NCBI GenBank assembly: GCA_965222615.1
Contig: CBDCUI010000009.1
Span: 352,001 to 416,000, forward strand
From: Gammaproteobacteria bacterium
GTDB lineage: Bacteria > Pseudomonadota > Gammaproteobacteria > UBA4575
Reading direction: 5' to 3'
DNA length: 64,000 nt
Positions within the stretch are counted from its first letter, which is position 1, and every line of letters starts with the position of its first letter. A model generated the notes under the pieces. That model was not told the origin of the DNA and ran no database searches. It worked only from the letters and a program-made list of their open reading frames with translations. Made by a program: the position numbers and the translations under genes. Positions 47,032 to 58,711 of the stretch are shown here, in pieces.

Positions 47032-48450
47032 TCAAATATGAATAGCGCGATCGTCTACTGCTAAGGCAGCTTCGTGCATACCCTCTGCAAGACTTGGATG
47101 CGCATGAATAGTACGAGCAAGATCTTCGGTTGAGAGTTCAGACTCCATTGCTACTACCGCTTCACTGATGAGTTCAGATGCATTGGGTCCTAATATGTGC
47201 ACACCAAGTATTTGATCGGTTTTTTTGTCTCCGATTATTTTGAACAAACCTTGTGTATCTCCCATTGCGCGAGCACGCCCAAGTGCCATAAATGGGAATG
47301 TGCCAACGCGGTATTCAATTTTTTCTTGTTTACATTGCTGTTCGGTTTTTCCTGCCCATGCAATTTCCGGCCATATGTAGATCACCCATGGAATAGCTTC
47401 ATAGTTCATATGCGCATACTGACCTGCAATTTGTTCCGCAAGTGCAATGCCCTCTTCCGAGCCTTTATGCGCCAACATTGCTCCACCGATTACATCGCCA
47501 ATGGCATACACATTTGCAAGTGAAGTCTGCCAGTTTTCGTTTACTTCGATAAATCCTTTTTGATCGGTTTTGATTTTTACTGCGTCTAAATTTAGTCCTT
47601 GTGTATTTGCCTTGCGTCCGACCGCAACAATGAGCTTACTCACTTCCAAGGTCTTTTCTTCATTATCCGTTGAATATTTCACCAGGACTTTATCGTTATT
47701 AGAAGCAACTTCTTTTACTAAACTATTTAAACGAATGTCTAAGCCTTGTTTAGTTAGAATTTTAAGTGCTTCCTTGCTTATCGCGGTATCTGCCATCGCT
47801 AAAAAGTCTGGTAATGCCTCAAGAATGATCACTTCAGAACCAAGACGATTCCAAACACTGCCCATTTCTAAACCAATTACTCCGGCACCGATAATTCCTA
47901 ACTTCTGGGGCACTTCTTGCATTGCAAGTGCTCCTGTTGAATCGAGAATAGTCTTATTGTTGACTTTGGCAATGGGTATATCAATCGGTACTGAACCGCT
48001 TGCAATAATGATATGTTTGCCCTGAAGTTCTTCAGCTGTGTTGTTGGCTTTGTTAGTAACTTGGATTTGTTGTGCAGAAATAAAACTCGCAGTGCCAACA
48101 AAAACTTCGACTTTATTCTTTTTTAAGAGACTTGCCACACCACCGGTTAGTATCTGCACTACTTTATCTTTACGTTTTTGCATAGTCGGCACATCGACTT
48201 CTAGTTTGCCGACTTTGATGCCATGTTCTTTCGCTTGTGCATGTAAAAAATGCACGTGATGGCTGGAATCGAGTAATGCTTTAGATGGAATACAGCCTAC
48301 ATTTAAACATGTACCCCCGAGAGTGGACTTCCCTTTTGTATTTACCCATGCATCGATACAGGCTACCTTCATGCCCAATTGTGCACAGCGAATTGCGCAT
48401 ACATAGCCTGCCGGGCCTGCGCCTATGACAATAACTTCGTATTTCTTCAT
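47032..48450 (-). CDS. lpdA: Dihydrolipoyl dehydrogenase
   Basis: GAGPAGY, GGTCLNVGCIPSK, HAHPSLAE. Confidence 0.97.
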   Translation of the reverse strand: MKKYEVIVIGAGPAGYVCAIRCAQLGMKVACIDAWVNTKGKSTLGGTCLNVGCIPSKALLDSSHHVHFLHAQAKEHGIKVGKLEVDVPTMQKRKDKVVQILTGGVASLLKKNKVEVFVGTASFISAQQIQVTNKANNTAEELQGKHIIIASGSVPIDIPIAKVNNKTILDSTGALAMQEVPQKLGIIGAGVIGLEMGSVWNRLGSEVIILEALPDFLAMADTAISKEALKILTKQGLDIRLNSLVKEVASNNDKVLVKYSTDNEEKTLEVSKLIVAVGRKANTQGLNLDAVKIKTDQKGFIEVNENWQTSLANVYAIGDVIGGAMLAHKGSEEGIALAEQIAGQYAHMNYEAIPWVIYIWPEIAWAGKTEQQCKQEKIEYRVGTFPFMALGRARAMGDTQGLFKIIGDKKTDQILGVHILGPNASELISEAVVAMESELSTEDLARTIHAHPSLAEGMHEAALAVDDRAIHI

Positions 48451-48454
48451 GATT

Positions 48455-48596
48455 GGAAACTCTGATTTATCCGACTCGTTTTATTTTTTGGGTCGTTAAA
48501 AATGATCTCGGAATGCTCATGTATTGTTATATACACTCCGCTTCTTCGACATTTTTTGCCTCGTCTCAGACATGTCCATTGATAAATCAGTGCCCC
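48455..48596. mobile_element. MITE copy B (142 bp palindromic element)
   Basis: Ends GGAAACTCTGATTTATC / GATAAATCAGTGCCCC; core ATGCTCATGTAT..ATACACTCCGCTT. Confidence 0.75.
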
Positions 48597-48608
48597 AATA
48601 CTTAATGT

Positions 48609-49865
48609 TTAGACTTGTAGCAATAAGCGATTTGGATCTTCTATGGTATTTTTTATATGCCCCAAGAATTGCACTGCTTCTTTGCCATCAATTGTGCGGT
48701 GATCATAGCTCAACGCAAGGTACATCATCGGTGCAATGACTACATCACCATTTTGCGCTATCGGTCGCGCTTGAATAGAGTGCATACCTAATATTGCACT
48801 TTGTGGAGGATTGATTATTGGAGTAGACATCATGGAACCAAAGACACCACCATTGGTGATCGTGAAAGTTCCCCCAGTGAGTTCTTCTATTGTTACTTTG
48901 TTTTCACGTGCGCGCGATACAAAGTCTCCAATTGTTTGTTCGATTCCAGCAAAGGATAGTCTTTCTGCATTTCGAATTACCGGCACGATTAAGCCACGCT
49001 CCGTACTTACTGCTATCCCTATATCAAAATAATCGTGATAGACAATATCTTCGCCTTCTACATATGCATTAATAACTGGAAATTCTTTTAGCGCTTCAAC
49101 CGCGGCTTTAATAAAGAAAGACATAAACCCTAACTTGACGCCATGGGCTTCTGCAAAGCCCTCTTTATATCGTTGTCTTAAATCAACGACATTTTGCATA
49201 TTGACTTCATTAAATGTCGTCAACATTGCACTTTCTTGTTGGGAGCTTACTAGACGTCTAGCAATACTTTTGCGTAAGCTCGTCATTGGTACACGTTTTT
49301 CTTCTCGAGTGCTTTCCGTAGCAAATTCCGGCATGCCCATTATTTCTGTTGAAGCATCGATTTCACTGATTGAACTAGGCTCTGATTCACTTATATAAGC
49401 TTCGATGTCTTGTTTAACAACACGACCCCCTTTACCGGAGCCTTGCACCTGATTGATATCTACATTGTTTTCAGCGGCCAGTTTTCTTACCGCAGGACTG
49501 GTTTTTGAGGTTACAGAGCTCGGCGCAACTTTCGCAGTTTCCATTTGCGCTACCTTAGCCAGCAGCGGCTCTGGACTATCATCTCGACCAGAAACAGATT
49601 CTGATTTAGCAGATTTGCTAGACTGTTTTGCCGTATCGATTACCGCGAGTGTTTCATTACTCTGTACTTGCTCATTTTTTTGTTTTGCGATGGATGCGAG
49701 TTCTCCAGTTTTCGGCGCAGTCACCTCTAAAATTACTTTATCGGTTTCAATATCTACAATTTGCTCACCTTCTTCAACAAACTCACCGGGTGCTTTCAAC
49801 CACTCACCTACCACAGCTTCTGTGATAGATTCTGCTAATTCCGGAACGGTTACCTCTACTTTCAT
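48609..49865 (-). CDS. sucB: 2-oxoglutarate dehydrogenase E2
   Basis: Lipoyl ETDK motif, [13 protein letters not shown]. Confidence 0.97.
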   Translation of the reverse strand: MKVEVTVPELAESITEAVVGEWLKAPGEFVEEGEQIVDIETDKVILEVTAPKTGELASIAKQKNEQVQSNETLAVIDTAKQSSKSAKSESVSGRDDSPEPLLAKVAQMETAKVAPSSVTSKTSPAVRKLAAENNVDINQVQGSGKGGRVVKQDIEAYISESEPSSISEIDASTEIMGMPEFATESTREEKRVPMTSLRKSIARRLVSSQQESAMLTTFNEVNMQNVVDLRQRYKEGFAEAHGVKLGFMSFFIKAAVEALKEFPVINAYVEGEDIVYHDYFDIGIAVSTERGLIVPVIRNAERLSFAGIEQTIGDFVSRARENKVTIEELTGGTFTITNGGVFGSMMSTPIINPPQSAILGMHSIQARPIAQNGDVVIAPMMYLALSYDHRTIDGKEAVQFLGHIKNTIEDPNRLLLQV

Positions 49866-49898
49866 GAAACTACCTCAAAGATGCCTGTGTATTAATTA

Positions 49899-52760
49899 TT
49901 AAACAGCACGTAGTGGCGGTCGTGAAGCTATTTCACGTAACCCCAATGCATCTTCTATTAAAGACTGCTGCTGTTCACGGTGAATGTGTAAAGATCCAGC
50001 AGCTGGTGATGCAGAGTAATTACGACCCGCATAATGCAGCTGATGATCATCACGCATACAGGCCTTAAGATTACGCCTTGATAGAATATAATTCCAGATA
50101 CCTTGATTACGAGGTTCTTCTTGCGTCCAGATAAGCTCACGTGCATTAGCATATTTATTTAAAATTTGCCTAACTTCATCTAATGGAAACGGATAGAGCT
50201 GCTCAATTCTAACAATTGCCGTTCTGGTAATTTTGTGCTCACGGCGCGCCCGTAATAATTCATAATAAATCTTACCAGCACAGAAAATTATCTTATTGAC
50301 TTCTGCGGGTTTAATCGGATCGACTTCATCAATTACGCAATTGAATCCACCATCAGTAAACTCAGATAGTTCAGATGCGGCATAAGGGTCGCGAAGAATA
50401 TTTTTTGGTGTCATCACAATCAGGGGTTTACGATAGGGACGCAGTATTTGCCTACGCAATAGATGGAATATTTGTGCAGGAGTACTCGGCATACACACTT
50501 GCATATTTTCTTCAGCACATAATTGCAAATAGCGCTCAAGTCTTGCTGATGAGTGTTCTGGGCCTTGGCCATCAAAGCCATGCGGTAATAACATGACCAA
50601 GCCACAGTAACGTTGCCACTTTACTTCAGACGAGCTTAGAAATTGATCGACATACATTTGTGCATTATTTGCAAAATCGCCAAACTGCGCCTCCCAAATT
50701 ACCAGAGTATTTGGCTCGGCAGTGCTGTATCCTACTTCATATCCCAATACTGCTTCTTCAGAAAGCAAAGAGTTAATTGGCAAAAACATAGGTTGTTTTT
50801 CGGAGATATGTTGTAAAGGAATATAGGCGTTACCACTTTCTTGGTCATAAAATGCTGCATGTCGATGGAAGAAAGTACCACGCACACTATCTTGTCCAGA
50901 TAGACGCACATCATAGCCCTCTTCCAATAACGACGCATAGGCAAGCGTTTCGCCAAAACCCCAATCGGCACCAATTTCACCAAGGCCCATCTTTTTACGT
51001 GCTTCAATAATTTTTTCAACGGTACGGTGTAAATTAAACTCTGTTGGTACTGTAGTTATTTTTTCAGTAAGATGTTTAATTCTTTCCGCACTGATACTTG
51101 TTTTTGCTTCCTCTCGCCAATGTGTACCTATAAATGGCTTGTAATCAACGATATGTTCTCTTTCAACATTTTTTGCAATTGGCCCACAAACCTGTTCTCC
51201 GCGTTTCAACTTATTTAAGTACTTGGTCTCTAGTGCTTTTACTCTTGGTGGGGTAATCGTTTTATTTCGAATAAGTCGATTTGCATAAACTTTTCGCACA
51301 CCTTCTTTGTGATGAATGCTCTGATACATTATAGGTTGTGTTACTGAAGGCTCATCAGCTTCATTATGGCCATGCTGCCGGTAGCAAATCATATCGATCA
51401 CTACATCGCGATTGAATTTCATACGAAAATCAACTGCCAATTTTGCTACAAAAACGGCAGCTTCAGGGTCATCACCATTCACATGAAAAATAGGTGCCTG
51501 CACCATTTTGGCAACATCCGTGCAGTACAAAGTAGACCTTGAGTCGAGTGGATCGCTAGTGGTAAAACCAATTTGGTTGTTGACGACAATATGTATGCTG
51601 CCACCTGTGGTGTATCCACGCGTCTTTGAAAGGTTTAAGGTTTCCATCACGACACCTTGCCCGGCAAATGCCGCGTCACCATGAATTAATAAAGGAATTA
51701 CGCCATCACGTTCAGCGTCATTACGACGTTCTTGTCGTGCACGTACAGAACCCTCAACCACAGGGTTAATGGCCTCTAAGTGGGATGGATTAAATGCCAA
51801 TACAGTATGTACTGGTCCATGTGGAGTTTTTAGGTCTGATGAAAAACCTTTGTGATATTTCACATCACCAGAACCGTTAACAGGATCGACAGTATCTTCA
51901 AACTCTTGGAATAGCTCTTCCGGGCTTTTGCCTAATATATTTACTAATACATTTAAACGGCCACGATGCGCCATACCCATAATGACTTCACTGACATGAT
52001 GTTTACCACAACGCAAAATAATTTCATCGATGATTGGAATTAAAGTTAAGCCACCTTCTAGAGAAAAACGTTTTTGCCCAACATATTTTTTATGTAAATA
52101 TACTTCTAACGATTTTGCCGCGATTAAAGTCTCCAAAATCGTGCGCTTACGCTTGTCAGACAAACCAGGGGATAGATAAAACTCCTCAAGTCTGCCTTGT
52201 ATCCACTCCTTTTGCTCTAAAGAGTTTATGTGTTTGTACTCAGTACCGATCGTGCCGCAATAGCTCACAGAAAGCATATTGAGAATTTCGCGTAACGGTG
52301 CTTTTTTGATTCCACCGATAGAACCCGTTTCAAACACAGTATCCATATCATCATGAGTTAAACCATGAAATTCAGGATTAAGCTCTGGGATATCAGGGCG
52401 TGCAGTTGCACTTAAAGGGTCAATATCCGCTTGTCGATGACCAAGGTATCGATAGGCACTGATTAAACGTATGACGCCAACTTGTTTACGGTTGGTTACT
52501 TTAGCATTTGAGGCTTGTATTGAACCTGTTGCACTACTGTGCACGGTTTTATGAATTTCTTGCCGTACTCCAGCATGGCTAAGGCCATTTGCAGGAGAAA
52601 ATTCGTCGGGTTTGAGTTTACTGAACGTCTCTTGCCAATACGCTGAGACAGAATTAGGATCGGCTCGATAAGCCTCAAAAAGAGCTTCTATATAAGCAAC
52701 GCTACTACTATTGAGTTTTTCACCCGTTAAAACTGAAAGCACATCTTTATCCATTTGCAT
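49899..52760 (-). CDS. sucA: 2-oxoglutarate dehydrogenase E1
   Basis: KRFSLEG, GMAHRGRLN, HGDAAF, WEAQFGDF. Confidence 0.97.
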   Translation of the reverse strand: MQMDKDVLSVLTGEKLNSSSVAYIEALFEAYRADPNSVSAYWQETFSKLKPDEFSPANGLSHAGVRQEIHKTVHSSATGSIQASNAKVTNRKQVGVIRLISAYRYLGHRQADIDPLSATARPDIPELNPEFHGLTHDDMDTVFETGSIGGIKKAPLREILNMLSVSYCGTIGTEYKHINSLEQKEWIQGRLEEFYLSPGLSDKRKRTILETLIAAKSLEVYLHKKYVGQKRFSLEGGLTLIPIIDEIILRCGKHHVSEVIMGMAHRGRLNVLVNILGKSPEELFQEFEDTVDPVNGSGDVKYHKGFSSDLKTPHGPVHTVLAFNPSHLEAINPVVEGSVRARQERRNDAERDGVIPLLIHGDAAFAGQGVVMETLNLSKTRGYTTGGSIHIVVNNQIGFTTSDPLDSRSTLYCTDVAKMVQAPIFHVNGDDPEAAVFVAKLAVDFRMKFNRDVVIDMICYRQHGHNEADEPSVTQPIMYQSIHHKEGVRKVYANRLIRNKTITPPRVKALETKYLNKLKRGEQVCGPIAKNVEREHIVDYKPFIGTHWREEAKTSISAERIKHLTEKITTVPTEFNLHRTVEKIIEARKKMGLGEIGADWGFGETLAYASLLEEGYDVRLSGQDSVRGTFFHRHAAFYDQESGNAYIPLQHISEKQPMFLPINSLLSEEAVLGYEVGYSTAEPNTLVIWEAQFGDFANNAQMYVDQFLSSSEVKWQRYCGLVMLLPHGFDGQGPEHSSARLERYLQLCAEENMQVCMPSTPAQIFHLLRRQILRPYRKPLIVMTPKNILRDPYAASELSEFTDGGFNCVIDEVDPIKPAEVNKIIFCAGKIYYELLRARREHKITRTAIVRIEQLYPFPLDEVRQILNKYANARELIWTQEEPRNQGIWNYILSRRNLKACMRDDHQLHYAGRNYSASPAAGSLHIHREQQQSLIEDALGLREIASRPPLRAV

Positions 52761-52839
52761 TTAAAAAGCTAGAAATTGATATATTTATAGACACTTTATA
52801 TAAAACAATAATTCCAAGCTTTAAGCAATCTTGCGCGTG

Positions 52840-53184
52840 TTACATGGTGTGTGTTGGTCTATCCGCTTGTAATGCACCTGCTAGCAATGTTTCAATCTTA
52901 TTACGTGTTTGGCCATTATCCTGTTTACTAAATTGCACCCCAATCCCTGCAGTTCGATTACCTTGAGCATTAGGTGGGGTAATCCATACAACATTACCTG
53001 CTACTGGAATACGCTCGGTTTCATCCATGAGTGATAGCAACATAAAGACTTCGTCACCAAGCTGATAGGATTTAGTTGTAGGAATGAATAAGCCACCATT
53101 TTTCACGAAGGGAATATAGGCCGCATAAAGCGAGCCTTTGTCCTTAATGGCAAGTGATAATATCCCTCTGCTGCCTTCTGCCAT
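52840..53184 (-). CDS. pilZ: Type IV pilus assembly protein PilZ
   Basis: LYAAYIPFVKNGGLFIPT...PTHTM; downstream of holB. Confidence 0.95.
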   Translation of the reverse strand: MAEGSRGILSLAIKDKGSLYAAYIPFVKNGGLFIPTTKSYQLGDEVFMLLSLMDETERIPVAGNVVWITPPNAQGNRTAGIGVQFSKQDNGQTRNKIETLLAGALQADRPTHTM

Positions 53185-53205
53185 GACTTCAAATTATTAT
53201 GTCAG

Positions 53206-54177
53206 TTAAACGAGGACTTCCTGACAGCCGATAAGCATCTCTTCGATAAATAGGCGCTTATTCAATGGGGCCTTAGAAAGTCGATGTAATTCAATGAGTT
53301 TGTCTAAATACTGAAATAAGGACTGTAAGTCTACTCGACCCACTAAACTATGCAAGGCCCGACGAATGTCGGGGTTTTCGAGAGTCACCGGCCCTTTTTG
53401 GTAGTGACAACGAATCAAGTCCGCACACCATGCTTGCTGCCACAAGACCAGCTGCTCGAGCTCCTCGTTCTGCAGCTTAGCTGATAGTTTGGTCACCTTT
53501 TCTTTATGCAACATAAGCTGCTCAAGCTGATGATAAAATGTTGCGCGGGCTTCTCCTAAACCTGTCTCATGTAGTTCTAAAGCTAACAAAGGTCTGCCTC
53601 CTGAAGCAGATAGCAACGTATCCCAATCCATTTTTTTATTGTGCGATTGTAACCATGTTATAGATTGATCCTCATCTGGGATTTTAAATTTCCATATCTG
53701 GCAACGGCTCCTTATTGTGGCTAATAATCTGTTTGCATGGTGACTAATTAAAAATAATATTGAATCTTCTGGAGGTTCTTCTAAAGTTTTTAGCAAGGCA
53801 TTTGCAGCATTTACATTCATATGATCCGCACAATTTATACAAGCAATTTTATACGTTCCACACTGGCGACTTAACACCATGAAGTTATTGATTTCACGTA
53901 TATCATCGACCTTAATTTGGTCTGTTAATTCATCGACATTAATCATACGAACGTCTGGATGCGTTCTTGCTTGAAATAAATGACAGTTATTACATTTACC
54001 ACATGCATAATTTTTAACACTCGGCTGAGTACAGTTCATTCTCTGTATTAGGGATAGGCAAAATTCAAGCTTGCCTATTGATGATGGCCCAGTAATTAAA
54101 ACGGCATGCGCTAGACGCAAACTATCTAGGTAATTTAATGACCGCTGCCACTGCTGCTCTTGCCAAGGATAAATCAT
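53206..54177 (-). CDS. holB: DNA polymerase III delta' subunit
   Basis: YPW, HPD, NALLKTLEEP, TIRSRC. Confidence 0.95.
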   Translation of the reverse strand: MIYPWQEQQWQRSLNYLDSLRLAHAVLITGPSSIGKLEFCLSLIQRMNCTQPSVKNYACGKCNNCHLFQARTHPDVRMINVDELTDQIKVDDIREINNFMVLSRQCGTYKIACINCADHMNVNAANALLKTLEEPPEDSILFLISHHANRLLATIRSRCQIWKFKIPDEDQSITWLQSHNKKMDWDTLLSASGGRPLLALELHETGLGEARATFYHQLEQLMLHKEKVTKLSAKLQNEELEQLVLWQQAWCADLIRCHYQKGPVTLENPDIRRALHSLVGRVDLQSLFQYLDKLIELHRLSKAPLNKRLFIEEMLIGCQEVLV

Positions 54178-54206
54178 GAAGTATCTTTCTACATCATAGT
54201 TAATAG

Positions 54207-54863
54207 CTATACCAATAATTGCGGGAACTTGCTCGCTACGATTTTTTCTATTTCTGCTGCTACTTCTTCAACATTTTGACTCGCATCAATCACTACAATC
54301 CGTTCAGGATTATCATTTGCCAAACGCAAATAAAATTGTTGAACACGCTCAAAAAATGCAAGTTTTTCTTTTTCAAAACGATCTTTACTGCCACGCTTAT
54401 TAACTCGCTCCATAGCTAATTTTAAATCGCAGACAAGTAAAATTGTTAAATCGGGTTTAAAATTACCTTGCACTACAGTTTCAACTGCGCGTATTTCCGA
54501 AAGCGCCAAGCCTCTCCCCCCACCTTGATAAGCATAACTTGCATCCGCAAATCGATCACACAATACCCAAGTGTTGCTCTGCAAAGCTGGATAAATTACT
54601 TCTTCTAAGTGCTGAGCACGAGCCGCAAACATCAACAATAGTTCTGTATTGCTATCAATCTGAGTAGTTTTTTTATCAAGTAGAAGTTTTCGAATACCTT
54701 CACCTACTTTAGTTCCACCTGGCTCACGTGTCACTAGAGTGTTAATTTTCTTTGTATGCAGAAATTTTTCTAATAACTTTATTTGAGTAGTCTTGCCGAC
54801 ACCTTCTGTACCTTCAAAAGTAATAAACTTACTTTGATACATTTCCTTAGTATCTGTGCTCAT
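54207..54863 (-). CDS. tmk: Thymidylate kinase
   Basis: FITFEGTEGVGKTT, TREPGG, CDRF. Confidence 0.96.
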   Translation of the reverse strand: MSTDTKEMYQSKFITFEGTEGVGKTTQIKLLEKFLHTKKINTLVTREPGGTKVGEGIRKLLLDKKTTQIDSNTELLLMFAARAQHLEEVIYPALQSNTWVLCDRFADASYAYQGGGRGLALSEIRAVETVVQGNFKPDLTILLVCDLKLAMERVNKRGSKDRFEKEKLAFFERVQQFYLRLANDNPERIVVIDASQNVEEVAAEIEKIVASKFPQLLV

Positions 54864-54883
54864 CTCGAAATACTTTTTAATTA

Positions 54884-55897
54884 TTATTCATCAGCTTTGT
54901 ACTTACTTCTGTTTCCATCAAGTTGATACTTGATCACTGCTTCACGGTGCTCTTCATAGGTTGTAGAGAAGTGGTGTGTGCCATCACCTTTGGAGACAAA
55001 ATATAGCACTTCGGTATCTGCTGGACTTAAAGCAGCGACGATCGACGCTCGACTCGGTAAAGCAATAGGGGTTGGCGGCAAACCTTTATGGACATAAGTA
55101 TTGTAAGGAGTATCTGCTTTTAAGTCTTGTCGCCGTATATTGCCATCGTAAGATTCTCCAATACCATAAATAACAGTTGGATCAGTTTGCAAACGCATAC
55201 CTCGCTTTAATCTTGATGTAAAAACTGCAGCCACCATGGTCCGTTCGTCTTCAACACTAGTTTCTTTTTCAATAATAGAGGCAAGCGTTAGTGCCTCTTC
55301 TGGTGAATTAAGTGGAATATCTTCTTGTCTTTTAGGCCATTCCTCATCTAAAATTTTTTGCATATGCTGAAAAGCACGCTTGAAAAATTCCACGTCCGTA
55401 GTACCAGCCGGGAAGTGATAAGTATCTGGATAAAACCAACCTTCAGGATGCCGGTTATCAAAATCAAGCTTATCTAATAATTCTTCGGGTGTATTAACTG
55501 TGTGAGTTATTTTTTCATGTTGTTTTACTGCATCCCATAGTTGTTTAAAAGTCCATCCCTCGATTACAGTAAGCGCGAATTGAATTGTCTCTCCCTTGGT
55601 TAATTTGCGTAGGAGTTGCAAAGGAGTTAAATTTGTAGATAAGGCATACTCACCTGTTTTAATATCACTAGTCGTTCCACTCAATCGTCCATATATCTCC
55701 CAAGGTAATAATTCTTTAATCAATCCTTTTTCACTTAATTGTTGGCTTACCTCTTTAAAGCTCATGCCTGAAGTAATGGTTATCTGCACCTCTTCCTCCA
55801 GATTAGAAAGTGGTTTATTTACATAGTCTTTAAAATAGATAGATAGCAGCGTGATTGCTATTGATATCGCAATAATGAGTGCGCTTAACTTACGCAT
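54884..55897 (-). CDS. mltG: Endolytic transglycosylase
   Basis: EGWFYPDTY, LASIIEKE, LQTDPTVIYG, GLPPTPI. Confidence 0.96.
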   Translation of the reverse strand: MRKLSALIIAISIAITLLSIYFKDYVNKPLSNLEEEVQITITSGMSFKEVSQQLSEKGLIKELLPWEIYGRLSGTTSDIKTGEYALSTNLTPLQLLRKLTKGETIQFALTVIEGWTFKQLWDAVKQHEKITHTVNTPEELLDKLDFDNRHPEGWFYPDTYHFPAGTTDVEFFKRAFQHMQKILDEEWPKRQEDIPLNSPEEALTLASIIEKETSVEDERTMVAAVFTSRLKRGMRLQTDPTVIYGIGESYDGNIRRQDLKADTPYNTYVHKGLPPTPIALPSRASIVAALSPADTEVLYFVSKGDGTHHFSTTYEEHREAVIKYQLDGNRSKYKADE

Positions 55898-55923
55898 GAC
55901 AGATATGCACCAAATCCAATTAA

Positions 55924-55939
55924 GGAAGCTCTGATTTAT
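55924..55939. repeat. Solo MITE terminal repeat
   Basis: GGAAGCTCTGATTTAT, the exact reverse complement of 27099-27114; preceded by TTAA and abutting the pabC stop. Confidence 0.65.
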
Positions 55940-56748
55940 TAAGTGTTAAAGACAGACATTAGTCCTTGAATTATAGCCGTTTTTGACAATGACAGGTCGT
56001 GCAATCTATATACAGGCCAGATGCCGATAATACTGTTACAAACAAACATTCCTTGAATTGTTTGTAATTCATCCACTGCAAAATCTTTAATTTTCAGCTG
56101 TAGATCATTTGTATTGCAGTATTCAATTACTTTACCTCGCATAACCCCTGCAACCCCACATTTTTCAAGACTGGGGGTAATGAGCTCATCTCCAATTTGA
56201 AAAAACACATTACTCGATGTGGCCTCAATAACTTGATCATATATATCGCATACTAATCCTTCTTGGTATTCATCTTTCCATTCACTACGCGCTAGGACTT
56301 GTTCCAATCGATTTAGATGCTTTATCTGTGCAAGCTCAGGCTGATGCGCTAAGCGAAAGTTGCACATGGTTACCTCTATACCAATATCTAAATACTTTTG
56401 TGGAAATTCAGGCCAGGGAAATTTTTGAATGACGCGAGTTAATGAAGTTTGTGTTGGTCTATAGCCTCTTTCACCTACACCACGTGTAATGATAATTTTT
56501 ATTATGCACTGTTCATCATTATCGATTAACTCGTCAAGCTCAGACTTTAGTAGCGAAGTATTTAAACCCGAAAGTTTTAATTTCTCACAACCAAACTTAA
56601 GACGTTTAAGGTGTTCATGCCAAAATTGTGGCTGGCCTTGTTTAATGGCAATAGTTTCAAAAACACCATCACCATATAACAACCCACGATCGAGACTAGA
56701 AATATAATTGCCAGACTCGCCATTAATGATGACTTCAGGGTTTTGCAT
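55939..56748 (-). CDS. pabC: Aminodeoxychorismate lyase
   Basis: DRGLLYGDGVFET, KHLNRLEQV, GVAGVMR. Confidence 0.95.
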   Translation of the reverse strand: MQNPEVIINGESGNYISSLDRGLLYGDGVFETIAIKQGQPQFWHEHLKRLKFGCEKLKLSGLNTSLLKSELDELIDNDEQCIIKIIITRGVGERGYRPTQTSLTRVIQKFPWPEFPQKYLDIGIEVTMCNFRLAHQPELAQIKHLNRLEQVLARSEWKDEYQEGLVCDIYDQVIEATSSNVFFQIGDELITPSLEKCGVAGVMRGKVIEYCNTNDLQLKIKDFAVDELQTIQGMFVCNSIIGIWPVYRLHDLSLSKTAIIQGLMSVFNT

Positions 56749-56801
56749 ATCAATGCGGATAGCTTTGAAATGATACCAAGCTTGCTAAAACTCGAATCTG
56801 A

Positions 56802-56927
56802 CTCAAAATAGTAGATAATCAGCTAAGACAAGGCACAAAGTTTTCGAAAAGCGGAGTTTACATGCGAGTAAATGAGCATTTGAGAAAACTTTGTAACGCA
56901 GTATTAGATGATTAGATGCATTTTGAG
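56802..56927. repeat. Palindromic MITE-like element sharing the core of copy B
   Basis: CTCAAAAT...ATTTTGAG ends, ACAAAGTTTTC/GAAAACTTTGT arms, core AAGCGGAGTTTAC..GTAAATGAGCATT. Confidence 0.75.
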
Positions 56928-56928
56928 C

Positions 56929-58170
56929 TTAGATTTTTTTGAAGACAACCGTGCCATTCGTTCCCCCAAACCCAAACGAATTAGACAAGGCAACATTCAC
57001 CTGTGCGTCACGTGCCTCGTTGGGCACATAATCGAGATCACAGTTGGGATCTGGCGTATCGTAATTGATCGTCGGAGGTAAGACATTATTGTAAAGGGCC
57101 AATACAGTAAACAAAGCCTCTACACCACCTGCCGCACCAAGCAAATGTCCTGTCATGGACTTAGTAGAACTAACGGCTACATCTTTAGCATAATCACCAA
57201 AGGTAAATTTTATGCCTTCTGTTTCGGCAACATCTCCCGCAGGGGTTGAAGTGCCATGAGCATTAATGTAGTTCACTTCGTTAGTATTTAATCCGGCATC
57301 GGCTAAGGCATTAAGCATGCACTTTGCACCACCACGACCTCCTTCGGCAGGCGAAGTCATATGATAGGCATCACTGCTCATACCATATCCCACGAGTTCA
57401 CAATACATCTTTGCCGAGCGTGCCTTAGCCATCTCGTATTCTTCTAACACTAATACACCGGCGCCATCTCCCAGTACAAATCCATCGCGATTTAAATCAA
57501 AGGGCCTGCTAGCCGCTTCCGGATCATCATTATGTGATGCGCTCAAGGCTCTGGCAGCAGAAAACCCACCAATTCCAAGTGGACAAGTTGCCATTTCTGC
57601 TCCACCTGCCAGCATGATATCTGCATCACCATACATAATCATTCTGGCGGCATCGCCAATGTTATGTGTGCCTGTTGTGCAGGCCGATACGATAGAAATA
57701 TTCGGGCCCCGATATCCATACATAATGGATAAATTACCTGACACCATGTTGATGATATTGCTAGGAACAAAAAATGGTGAAATCTTTTTGGGCCCACCTT
57801 TTAAATAAGCTTCGTTACTTTTTTCAATCCCTGGTAAACCGCCGATGCCACTGCCAATCGCCACCCCGATACGATCGGCATTTTCTTCCGTTACTTCAAA
57901 ACCGGAATCATTGATGGCTTGTACACCTGCACCAATGCCAAAATGAATAAAAGGATCCATCTTGCGTTGATCCTTTTTAGACAAATAATCATCGGCATTG
58001 AAATCTCGTGTTTGCCCTGCAATCTGTACAGAAAATTCACTCGCATCAAAACAATCGATTTTAGAGATACCACTATTCCCCGCAGTGATATTCGCCCATG
58101 CTTTATCAAGGCTTGATCCTACGGGGGAGACTATCCCCATACCGGTAACTACAACACGTCGCCGTGACAC
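56929..58170 (-). CDS. fabF: 3-oxoacyl-ACP synthase II
   Basis: [37 protein letters not shown]. Confidence 0.97.
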   Translation of the reverse strand: MSRRRVVVTGMGIVSPVGSSLDKAWANITAGNSGISKIDCFDASEFSVQIAGQTRDFNADDYLSKKDQRKMDPFIHFGIGAGVQAINDSGFEVTEENADRIGVAIGSGIGGLPGIEKSNEAYLKGGPKKISPFFVPSNIINMVSGNLSIMYGYRGPNISIVSACTTGTHNIGDAARMIMYGDADIMLAGGAEMATCPLGIGGFSAARALSASHNDDPEAASRPFDLNRDGFVLGDGAGVLVLEEYEMAKARSAKMYCELVGYGMSSDAYHMTSPAEGGRGGAKCMLNALADAGLNTNEVNYINAHGTSTPAGDVAETEGIKFTFGDYAKDVAVSSTKSMTGHLLGAAGGVEALFTVLALYNNVLPPTINYDTPDPNCDLDYVPNEARDAQVNVALSNSFGFGGTNGTVVFKKI

Positions 58171-58265
58171 AATATCCGCTCTAATTTTAGTATAAAGTTA
58201 TCCTGTGAACTGAATAGCACGGTAGTTGCAGAAGCGTTGGCTACTCATGTTAAGAACACTAACAA

Positions 58266-58499
58266 TTACTGATGTTTGTTTACGTAATCCATAGCTTGTT
58301 TTACAGTAGTAATTTTCTCGGCTTCTTCATCAGGAATTTCACATTCAAATTCCTCTTCCAACGCCATCACTAGTTCTACTGTATCTAAAGAGTCTGCACC
58401 TAGGTCATCGACAAATGATGCCTCTTCCGAGACTTCATCTTCACTTACTCCTAACTGCTCAACAATGATCTTTTTTACTCTCTCTTCGATGCTGCTCAT
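58266..58499 (-). CDS. acpP: Acyl carrier protein
   Basis: [20 protein letters not shown]; start corrected to ATG at 58499. Confidence 0.97.
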   Translation of the reverse strand: MSSIEERVKKIIVEQLGVSEDEVSEEASFVDDLGADSLDTVELVMALEEEFECEIPDEEAEKITTVKQAMDYVNKHQ

Positions 58500-58711
58500 A
58501 TAAGTTGCTTCCTCTTTGCAAAATTTTTTTACCGACCCAAACTGGGCAGGGCCGATATTGTATTGAAAAGGTAACCACCATGCCATCATTAACGATTGAC
58601 ATAATGCCTAACTAAAAGCTAATTTTTCTACAAAATATTTTACGATTTTACTTAAATTACATGCGGTTACATAAACTATCTCAAATGGCTCTAGAATCTA
58701 TTTAACATATT

